Part shown: piece by piece, positions 38,198 to 45,808 of the stretch
Numbering within the stretch: position 1 is the first letter of the stretch
Layout: each line of letters starts with the position of its first letter
IMG/VR virus record: IMGVR_UViG_3300042868_003731
Span: 89,967-153,966 of that record
DNA from: a virus
Lineage: Duplodnaviria > Heunggongvirae > Uroviricota > Caudoviricetes
Reading direction: 5' to 3' (one strand)
DNA: 64,000 nt
Translations under genes and position numbers: made by a program
Notes under the pieces: model-generated
Database searches by the model: none
What the model was told of the DNA's origin: nothing
What the model saw: only the letters and a program-made list of their open reading frames with translations

Positions 38198-41156
38198 GAC
38201 AGTAAGAGGAAGAACACCTATAATAGGACCCGGTATTAGGCAGTCCTACCCTATCGCTCTAGATCCTGGTGTATACGAAGGCTCGATTGTTTATGCAAAC
38301 ACAGATTCTTCAAACACTAGTATTATGTACTATTCTGATGGTTCTGATTGGATAGAAATCGGGATATCAGTCCAGGGTCTTCAAGGTCCACAAGGTCCAC
38401 AAGGAGTACAAGGTGTACAAGGTAACTTTGGCCCTGCGATTAAAATCATCGGTGAGGTCGCAGATGTAAATGCTAACACCAACCCAGACGGCCTTCTTTC
38501 AGCTTTCTTTCCATCAGCGCTAGTTGGCGATACGGTTGTTGACCAGGCATTAGATGAACTATGGGCTTATATCGGAAATGACGATTGGTTAAACCTCGGC
38601 CCGTTTAGAGGTACACAGGGTATTCAGGGACCGCAGGGACCGCAAGGAGTTCAGGGTAACCAAGGTAACCAAGGTCGTCAGGGTAACCAAGGTACACAGG
38701 GTACTCAAGGTAGACAAGGCGGGCAAGGTTTACAAGGCGAAACTGGAACTCAGGGTACTCAAGGTAGACAAGGAACCCAAGGTACTCAAGGTCGGCAGGG
38801 TACTCAAGGATCGCAAGGTCTGCAGGGTATTCAGGGTGTAGGTGCAACTGGTGCTGCTGGCTCACAAGGTGTTCAAGGTATTCAGGGTTCTTTAGGCAAT
38901 CAGGGTATTCAAGGACCGCAAGGGACACAAGGCACCCAGGGATCACAGGGTATTCAAGGTCTTCAGGGTACACAGGGTCGTCAAGGAACTCAAGGAACTC
39001 AAGGTCTTCAGGGTACACAAGGAACTCAAGGTCTTCAGGGTATTCAAGGTACTCAGGGTATACAAGGACTGCAGGGAACACAGGGACGTCAAGGTATACA
39101 AGGTCTTATCGGTCCATCCATTAATCTTATCGGTTCTGTTGCAGACGTAAACGTAGCTCCGCCTAACAATCCACAGACTACTCTAAACGCAGCATTTCCA
39201 AGCGCAACTGCCGGAGATGCAGTTATAGACGAGTTGGAAGGAGATGTTTGGGCGTATAACGGAACTACGTGGACAAACGGAGGCCAGATCAAAGGTCCTC
39301 AGGGTACGCAAGGTCGTCAAGGGACACAGGGAACTCAAGGAACTCAAGGTCTTCAGGGTATACAGGGAACACAAGGAAGACAAGGTACTCAAGGTATCCA
39401 AGGTCTTCAAGGTATACAGGGAAGCCAAGGTAGACAAGGTATACAAGGTATACAGGGAATTGGAACCCAAGGTTTACAAGGACAGGCCGGCGCAGCCGCC
39501 AATCAAGGTATTCAAGGTACGCTTGGTATCCAAGGCGCTCAAGGAATTAGCATTCAAGGTGCGACTGGCGCTGCTGCTTCTCAAGGTCTTCAAGGTTTGC
39601 AAGGAACTTTTGGTAATCAAGGTCTTGCCGGACAGGCAGCTGCGCAAGGTATCCAAGGTCGAACTGGAACACAAGGATTCCAGGGCCTTCAAGGTAGACT
39701 TGGAAACCAAGGCATTGAAGGAGCCGCGGCTGCTCAAGGTATTCAAGGCACGCAAGGTCTTCAAGGTAGACTTGGAAACCAAGGCATTGAAGGAGCTGTG
39801 GCTGCTCAAGGTATTCAAGGTAGGCAAGGCGGGCAAGGCATTTCTGGAACCGGCACTCAGGGAAATCAAGGTATTGCAGGTGTAGTCGCCGCTCAAGGTT
39901 TCCAGGGTAGGCAAGGTACAACGGGTGGCCAAGGACTACAGGGTCTTGTAGGAACAGGCGCAACTGGTGCTAGCGGCGATCAAGGTATTCAAGGTACGCA
40001 AGGGTTCCAGGGAAGACAGGGTACGCAAGGGTTCCAGGGTATTGCTGGATCGGGTGCAACTGGTGCAACTGGTTCACAAGGTATTCAAGGTACGTTTGGT
40101 ATCCAAGGTCTTAGCGGCTCAGCTACATTCCAAGGTTTCCAAGGTAACCAGGGTACTCAAGGTATTGCTGGAACCGGTAATCAGGGTATCCAAGGTCTTA
40201 CTGGTGCTGCCGCAGCGCAAGGTTTCCAGGGAAGACAGGGCGTCCAAGGTATACCTGGAGAAGGTAACCAAGGTTTCCAAGGTACTGCCGGTACTGTCCA
40301 AGGTTTCCAAGGTAGACAAGGTACACAAGGCATTAGCGGAGCTGGTAGTCAAGGTATTCAAGGTCTCAATGGTGGTGCAGTTGCTCAAGGCTTCCAAGGA
40401 AGCCAAGGTATTCAAGGTCAAGACGGTGGAGCAGTAGCGCAAGGCTTCCAAGGTCGTCAAGGTACTCAAGGCATTCAAGGTACTCTAGGTACACAGGGTA
40501 CAACAGGGTCTGGCTCTCAAGGATTAACCGGAACAACTGGCGGACAAGGGCTTCAGGGTATTCAAGGGAGACAAGGTACAACAGGATCCGGTTCTCAAGG
40601 ATTGACCGGAACAGCGGGTAGTACTGGTGTACAAGGTACCGCGGGTGTTCTAGGATCGAACGGATTGAACGGTTCGCAAGGCATTCAAGGTAGACAAGGA
40701 ACTACTGGTACACAAGGCTTGGCCGGACCATCTAGCACAATCAATGCAGCAGACTCGACGTCTTCTACGGTTCACTACCCAGTCTTTGTTGCCGGTTCTG
40801 GAAGCGACCAAACAGCAAGAGTAAGAACTACAGCCACAGCGTTCTCATTCCAACCATCAACCGGAAACCTAGCCGTCGGTGGAAACGTAACAGCTTATTC
40901 TGATGAAAGACTTAAGACGAATATTCGCACAATCGATAGCGCTCTTGAAAAAGTTGATCTAATGAGAGGTGTGTATTTCGAAAGAGACGGAAAGCAGAAC
41001 GTAGGTGTGATCGCGCAGGAAGTTGAAAAGATACTCCCAGAAGTAGTTCATGACATAGGTGAATATAAATCAGTAGCGTATGGTAACATAACAGCCGTTC
41101 TTATTGAAGCTGTAAAGGAGCTATCTGCTCGTCTAGACGAAGTTGAGAAAAAGTAG
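38184..41156 (+). CDS. Collagen-like (Gly-X-Gln) fibre protein C1 with S74 chaperone
   Basis: Long G-T/I/L/R-Q runs, two copies of a roughly 60-aa globular knot, and C-terminal SDERLKTNI..GVIAQEVE.ILPEVV. Start is 38184 or 38187. Confidence 0.88.
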   Translation: MMSLKTVRGRTPIIGPGIRQSYPIALDPGVYEGSIVYANTDSSNTSIMYYSDGSDWIEIGISVQGLQGPQGPQGVQGVQGNFGPAIKIIGEVADVNANTNPDGLLSAFFPSALVGDTVVDQALDELWAYIGNDDWLNLGPFRGTQGIQGPQGPQGVQGNQGNQGRQGNQGTQGTQGRQGGQGLQGETGTQGTQGRQGTQGTQGRQGTQGSQGLQGIQGVGATGAAGSQGVQGIQGSLGNQGIQGPQGTQGTQGSQGIQGLQGTQGRQGTQGTQGLQGTQGTQGLQGIQGTQGIQGLQGTQGRQGIQGLIGPSINLIGSVADVNVAPPNNPQTTLNAAFPSATAGDAVIDELEGDVWAYNGTTWTNGGQIKGPQGTQGRQGTQGTQGTQGLQGIQGTQGRQGTQGIQGLQGIQGSQGRQGIQGIQGIGTQGLQGQAGAAANQGIQGTLGIQGAQGISIQGATGAAASQGLQGLQGTFGNQGLAGQAAAQGIQGRTGTQGFQGLQGRLGNQGIEGAAAAQGIQGTQGLQGRLGNQGIEGAVAAQGIQGRQGGQGISGTGTQGNQGIAGVVAAQGFQGRQGTTGGQGLQGLVGTGATGASGDQGIQGTQGFQGRQGTQGFQGIAGSGATGATGSQGIQGTFGIQGLSGSATFQGFQGNQGTQGIAGTGNQGIQGLTGAAAAQGFQGRQGVQGIPGEGNQGFQGTAGTVQGFQGRQGTQGISGAGSQGIQGLNGGAVAQGFQGSQGIQGQDGGAVAQGFQGRQGTQGIQGTLGTQGTTGSGSQGLTGTTGGQGLQGIQGRQGTTGSGSQGLTGTAGSTGVQGTAGVLGSNGLNGSQGIQGRQGTTGTQGLAGPSSTINAADSTSSTVHYPVFVAGSGSDQTARVRTTATAFSFQPSTGNLAVGGNVTAYSDERLKTNIRTIDSALEKVDLMRGVYFERDGKQNVGVIAQEVEKILPEVVHDIGEYKSVAYGNITAVLIEAVKELSARLDEVEKK
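38610..40730 (+). repeat. 9-bp-period collagen-coding repeats of fibre C1
   Basis: CAAGGT/CAGGGT periodicity every 9 bp, interrupted at about 39110-39295. Confidence 0.9.
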
Positions 41157-41168
41157 ACTTATTGAATT

Positions 41169-42341
41169 GTGATAAATTTATTTCGCGATATTCCTTCTTC
41201 AAAACCAAACTTCTACTTTCTCGCGAACGGATCTAAGTTTTATAATAACGTAGAAGCATTTTCAGAAGCAAGTAAGAGAAGAGACTCTAGGATAGAGTTT
41301 GTTCTTGACTATGACGTGTATCGTAATCCGCAGGCATGGAGAGTAGAACCTCTTCTTGAATCTAAAGACTATTTCAGGAAGCACGCAAGAATCCTTGCGG
41401 AAAAGTATGATGACATTACGATTCACTACAGTGGAGGAACTGATAGTCATACAATACTCGATGCATTTATAGATGAAGGTATAAGAAATGTTAAACTTTG
41501 GCATAGAGCCGGGTTTGGTTTCGAAGATTTTAATCCAAAAATAAAACTCTTTGGACAGATTCGTGATACTCTTATGAGTAAATACAGCGAGAAGTTAAAG
41601 CAACTCAACTACACGGTAGAAGGTTTAGACAAACCGAATTATCTTGCACCAAACGACCCGGCAGAATGGAGACTTGCTCTTGAGAATTTCGTAGGTGATT
41701 ATCGTACTATGGTTAAGTTACCGGAATCTATAGGCCAATATCACTCAAGACACAAGAGAGTGAATAAGACTAAACCGCGATCTTGTATGATATGGGGATT
41801 AGAAAAACCTCGTGTAACTTTGGTAAACGGAGATTGGTTTTGGGCTACTAATTCTGGAATGTGGTGGCAATATGATACTCCATCATCTAATGACTACGAT
41901 ACAATCTTCTTTTTCTCTACTGACGACGTCCCAGAAATACAGATAAAGCTCGCGTGGCTTAAGATATCAGCGATTGAAAGTATTGTCAAGGCACGTGGAA
42001 ATATTAGTAAGAGCGAAGCAGAAAAACTTGTGAGTGAAGTTCAACACTTTTCTAGTTCTTACTATACACTTATAAATGAATCAATGGGATATAAAGCCTT
42101 GAGTCATGTATTGAATGGAAATTATTGGAGAGCGAGTCCAGATTATTCCGGATGGTTAAAACATCTTCATTTAAAAAGAGAAAAGATTGGAATTATTCGA
42201 GAAACTCAGCATTTCTTTGAAGAAGAAATATCTAGAAGAGTTGACGCAAGATACATAGATGAAGAAAATAAAACATTAAATTCGATTCCTTCTAGGTCCA
42301 TATACATAAGAAAATCCACTTTAGAGTTAAGAGATAGTTGA
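41169..42341 (+). CDS. PP-loop (adenine nucleotide alpha-hydrolase-like) protein
   Basis: HYSGGTDSHTIL PP-loop motif; GTG start; substrate unknown. Confidence 0.6.
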   Translation: MINLFRDIPSSKPNFYFLANGSKFYNNVEAFSEASKRRDSRIEFVLDYDVYRNPQAWRVEPLLESKDYFRKHARILAEKYDDITIHYSGGTDSHTILDAFIDEGIRNVKLWHRAGFGFEDFNPKIKLFGQIRDTLMSKYSEKLKQLNYTVEGLDKPNYLAPNDPAEWRLALENFVGDYRTMVKLPESIGQYHSRHKRVNKTKPRSCMIWGLEKPRVTLVNGDWFWATNSGMWWQYDTPSSNDYDTIFFFSTDDVPEIQIKLAWLKISAIESIVKARGNISKSEAEKLVSEVQHFSSSYYTLINESMGYKALSHVLNGNYWRASPDYSGWLKHLHLKREKIGIIRETQHFFEEEISRRVDARYIDEENKTLNSIPSRSIYIRKSTLELRDS

Positions 42342-42342
42342 A

Positions 42343-43674
42343 ATGATAGAAATGGTTGTTTCTTTTCTTGTTGCGACCTTCTTTGGCGTCTTGTCCGGAT
42401 TGATACCAGGAGTGTCCGTGTTTGTGACGCTGTCTCTAATGTATCCGTTTCTAATGGGAATTGACCCAGCAAACGCGTTAGCAGTATATGTAGTAGTTGC
42501 AAGCCTGAGCCAATACTTTGGATCTGTGTCAGCAACTATCTTTGCTGTCCCTGGTTCTATGACATCCATTCCTTCGTTAATCGAAGGTCACGAATTGTTT
42601 CGTCGTGGAGATGGTGATAGGGCAATAATGTATGCAGCGATAGGAAGCTTCATAGGATCTCTTCTCTCTATCATGGTGTCGTACATCTTTATTCAGTATA
42701 GTTACTATATGTTCTCTATGTTTGATACGCGCATAAAAATGCTGCTTACTTTTCTGTGTCTAATAGCATTTATAGTAGTGAGTAAGAATAAGTACTGGAT
42801 CAGTTGCGCATTTATAATCTTGGGTTTTATCTTAGCGCACGTCGGGATGGATAAAAATACAAACACCGCATTTCTTACATTTGGTAACAATTATCTGTTA
42901 AGCGGGCTTCCTACAATCAGTGTCGTCTTAGGAATATACGTAATACCGTATATCCTAGATCAACTTGAAGTAGGCTCAAGAAAGATAGTGATGAATAAGT
43001 TGCAACTTTCAGGTTATGTTGTGTCGTTTAAGAATATGTTACAACATTGGGGAGTTGTAGTTCGTGGATTCTTGATAGGTTATGTATCCGGGTTTATACC
43101 AGGAGTTACGTATCATCTTGGAACAACACTTGCGTATCTACTCGAAAAAAGAATAAAAAAGAAACAAAACAAGTATCAGGTTGGTGATATAGACTGTCTT
43201 GTTGCGGCCGAGACTGCAAACAACGCAGGTGTTTTTTCACAAATAATTCCTTTATTTCTCGTAGGTCTTCCAATTACTAGTACACAATCTTTTATATATA
43301 GTATAGTCGAGAGTAAAGGAATACATATAACAACAAACTTCTTCTATCACATGCTTCCTTATATGATGGTTGTCTATATGCTTAGCGCGATTATCGGCGT
43401 ATTCATAGCAGGAAAGTATGTAAATTGGATAAGAGTTTTTTCAAGGATAGACTTTAGATACATATATATCTTTATTATTGCGATGCTCTTTGTCGTCGCG
43501 TATATTACTGGATCTATGTATGGTCAGTCCGTGTACTATGTAGTACTTCTTATAGCTTTGATACCAATTGGTTATCTGCTCAAGAGTTACGATAGAACAC
43601 CAATAGTCTTTGCATTTCTGCTTCACGACATGCTGTACTACAGCATAATGACATTCAACGCTCTATACTTATGA
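42343..43674 (+). CDS. tctA: TctA-like tripartite tricarboxylate transporter membrane subunit
   Basis: About 12 hydrophobic segments; G..SGLIPG, YFGSV..T...VPG, EG..L...G, G.D...TFG...L..G, SGFIPG and AAETANNA...IPL..GLP. Confidence 0.8.
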   Translation: MIEMVVSFLVATFFGVLSGLIPGVSVFVTLSLMYPFLMGIDPANALAVYVVVASLSQYFGSVSATIFAVPGSMTSIPSLIEGHELFRRGDGDRAIMYAAIGSFIGSLLSIMVSYIFIQYSYYMFSMFDTRIKMLLTFLCLIAFIVVSKNKYWISCAFIILGFILAHVGMDKNTNTAFLTFGNNYLLSGLPTISVVLGIYVIPYILDQLEVGSRKIVMNKLQLSGYVVSFKNMLQHWGVVVRGFLIGYVSGFIPGVTYHLGTTLAYLLEKRIKKKQNKYQVGDIDCLVAAETANNAGVFSQIIPLFLVGLPITSTQSFIYSIVESKGIHITTNFFYHMLPYMMVVYMLSAIIGVFIAGKYVNWIRVFSRIDFRYIYIFIIAMLFVVAYITGSMYGQSVYYVVLLIALIPIGYLLKSYDRTPIVFAFLLHDMLYYSIMTFNALYL

Positions 43675-43682
43675 GGTAAAAT

Positions 43683-44510
43683 ATGATTAAATACATCACA
43701 GCGCTCTTTATGATGATTTCTACACCGCTCTACGCAAACGAATTAGTTCGCATCATAAATCCATACAATCCAACCGGAGCTGCCTTTAAACTAGGAAACT
43801 ATCTACACGAGTCAAACCCTTCTCTTTTTGGAAGTGTAGAAAAAGTAGAGTCCTGTGCCACAGCAGCAAGCATTCTTAAAACTGAGACTAACCCAACCAT
43901 AGTAATATGGCAGCCAATTGCAGAACCTTTTTCAGCAAGTGAAGAATGTAAGGAAACACTCACAAAAGATAATTTTATCACTGTTCACATCTCTTCGTAT
44001 AACTATATCTGCACAAAGAAAGATTCCGGTAAAGATCTCGAATACTTTATAAACGGAAACGCAAAGATAGGTTATGCTATTGATTTTCTATACAAGTTAT
44101 CTTTAGAAAATAATGTAAAAGCAGTACAGAGTAATGCTACGATCATTCCGTATAAGAGCGCGAATGAATATATGGCAGCTTTTGAAATAGACGAGATAGA
44201 CTTTGTCTATACGACCAAGCCAAGCGATATTATGAGCTGCGTGCTGACTACAGATCCAAACAGCACTGAAATTACACCGCTAGTTAATTACAGTGATGAC
44301 GTCTTCTCTACAGCCGGTATGAAGTTCGCATTCCTTGGAGTAAATGTTGATCTAGAAGAGATGAAGCAGGTTTTAAACGATTCTACCTCTTCAGATTCTT
44401 GGAAAGAAATGTTTAACACATATAGTCGTGAGCTTTCATTACTCGATAGAGAAGCACAGCTCGAAGCTATACAGAAAGAAGTGTCTGCCTACCAAAGTCA
44501 GGTGCAGTAA
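43683..44510 (+). CDS. TctC/Bug-like periplasmic substrate-binding protein
   Basis: Signal peptide ending LYA; VRIINPYNPTG and IPYKSANEYMAAFEIDEIDFV resemble the TctC motifs IVP..PGG and VPYKG....AL..GEVD; adjacent to tctA. Confidence 0.55.
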   Translation: MIKYITALFMMISTPLYANELVRIINPYNPTGAAFKLGNYLHESNPSLFGSVEKVESCATAASILKTETNPTIVIWQPIAEPFSASEECKETLTKDNFITVHISSYNYICTKKDSGKDLEYFINGNAKIGYAIDFLYKLSLENNVKAVQSNATIIPYKSANEYMAAFEIDEIDFVYTTKPSDIMSCVLTTDPNSTEITPLVNYSDDVFSTAGMKFAFLGVNVDLEEMKQVLNDSTSSDSWKEMFNTYSRELSLLDREAQLEAIQKEVSAYQSQVQ

Positions 44511-44520
44511 TCATATAGAA

Positions 44521-44545
44521 AAGAAGCGGGCATTGCCCGCTTCTT
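44521..44545. terminator. Strong hairpin, probable terminator
   Basis: AAGAAGCGGGC-ATT-GCCCGCTTCTT, a perfect 11-bp stem between the TctC-like gene and rmlB. Confidence 0.7.
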
Positions 44546-44568
44546 CATACAATGAAAAGGAATACATT

Positions 44569-45594
44569 ATGAAAAGAATATTAATCACTGGCGGAGCCGG
44601 TTTTATTGCCCACCACCTCGTATGTAAAGTGCTCAAAGAGACGGATTGGGAGGTAGTTACTCTAGATAGATTGGACTACAGTGGAAACTTGAATCGCCTC
44701 CACGACTCACTACAGGAGTTCGACGCCGAAACTCGTAAGAGAGTAAGCGTGGTATTTCACGACCTGAAGGCCGACATGAACCCACTCGTTCGTTCAGAAG
44801 TAGGATCCGTAGACTACATCGCTCACCTTGCAGCAGGGTCACATGTTGATCGTTCTATCGACTATCCGATGGAGTTCGTTCTTGATAATGTTGTCGGAAC
44901 GTGTAACATTCTCGAATTTGCAAGAGCGCAAAAGAGCAATCTTAAGAGGTTCATCTACTTCAGTACCGATGAAGTCTTTGGTCCTGCGCCGGATGGAATT
45001 AAGTATGGTGAAAACGATCGCTATAACTCTACGAATCCTTATAGCGCATCAAAAGCAGGCGGCGAAGAACTTGCTGTTGCGTATGAGAATACCTACGGCT
45101 TGCCGATCTATATCACTCATACTATGAACGTCTTTGGTCAGAGACAACACCCGGAGAAGTACATACCAATGTGCATCAAGAAAGCTCGTGATGGCGAGAA
45201 GATTACAATCCATAGCGATAGAACAAAGACGATCCCGGGATCACGTCACTACATCCACGCAGAAGATGTAGCAGATGCAGTTTTATTCTTACTAAATGGG
45301 AATTTTGATCTAAAGGAAGAATGGGGTGGAGCTAAGTGCCCCAAGTTTAACATCGTCGGCGCAGAAGAGATCGATAACTACGAACTTGCAAGGATCATCG
45401 CAGACGCGCAAGGTAAGGAACTCAACTACGAGTTTGTCGACTTTCACTCGAGTCGCCCAGGCCACGATCTTCGCTATGCCCTAGACGGAAACAAGATGAA
45501 GAGTCTTGGATGGGAACCAGCCACTTCAGTCCGCGAAAGAATTGCAGAAGTAGTAAAGTGGACTCTAGAGAACGAAAGATGGCTAAAGACATAA
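44569..45594 (+). CDS. rmlB: dTDP-glucose 4,6-dehydratase
   Basis: ILITGGAGFI, HLAAGSHVDRSI, STDEVFG, NPYSASKA and RPGHD.RYALD; start moved to ATG 44569 (AAGGA). Confidence 0.9.
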   Translation: MKRILITGGAGFIAHHLVCKVLKETDWEVVTLDRLDYSGNLNRLHDSLQEFDAETRKRVSVVFHDLKADMNPLVRSEVGSVDYIAHLAAGSHVDRSIDYPMEFVLDNVVGTCNILEFARAQKSNLKRFIYFSTDEVFGPAPDGIKYGENDRYNSTNPYSASKAGGEELAVAYENTYGLPIYITHTMNVFGQRQHPEKYIPMCIKKARDGEKITIHSDRTKTIPGSRHYIHAEDVADAVLFLLNGNFDLKEEWGGAKCPKFNIVGAEEIDNYELARIIADAQGKELNYEFVDFHSSRPGHDLRYALDGNKMKSLGWEPATSVRERIAEVVKWTLENERWLKT

Positions 45595-45599
45595 GTTGT

Positions 45600-45607
45600 G
45601 ATAAATA
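45600..45607 (+). promoter_or_regulatory. Late-promoter variant GATAAATA
   Basis: One mismatch to consensus; intergenic before two virion-type genes. Confidence 0.5.
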
Positions 45608-45639
45608 GATACAGCTAATAGTTCTAAAGGAGAGCGAAG

Positions 45640-45807
45640 ATGGCTGTTAAGATATCTGGAACAACCGTTATTGACGATAGCAGAAATATAACAAACATAC
45701 TCACGGCAACCTCAAACACTGCCGTGATTACTTATTTGCAGGACAGTTCAAATAGAACTCTAAAGATCCTTAATGCGGCAGGAACTGTAGTCTGGGGTTC
45801 TGTATAA
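45640..45807 (+). CDS. Small virion-type protein (55 aa, absent from the ORF track)
   Basis: AAGGAG RBS; hand translation MAVKISGTTVIDDSRNITNILTATSNTAVITYLQDSSNRTLKILNAAGTVVWGSV. The N-terminus resembles phage fibre N-termini. Confidence 0.65.
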   Translation: MAVKISGTTVIDDSRNITNILTATSNTAVITYLQDSSNRTLKILNAAGTVVWGSV

Positions 45808-45808
45808 T

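Noticed and set aside
38605-40581. Overlapping ORFs within fibre C1
   Set aside because: Same repeat-shadow artefact.
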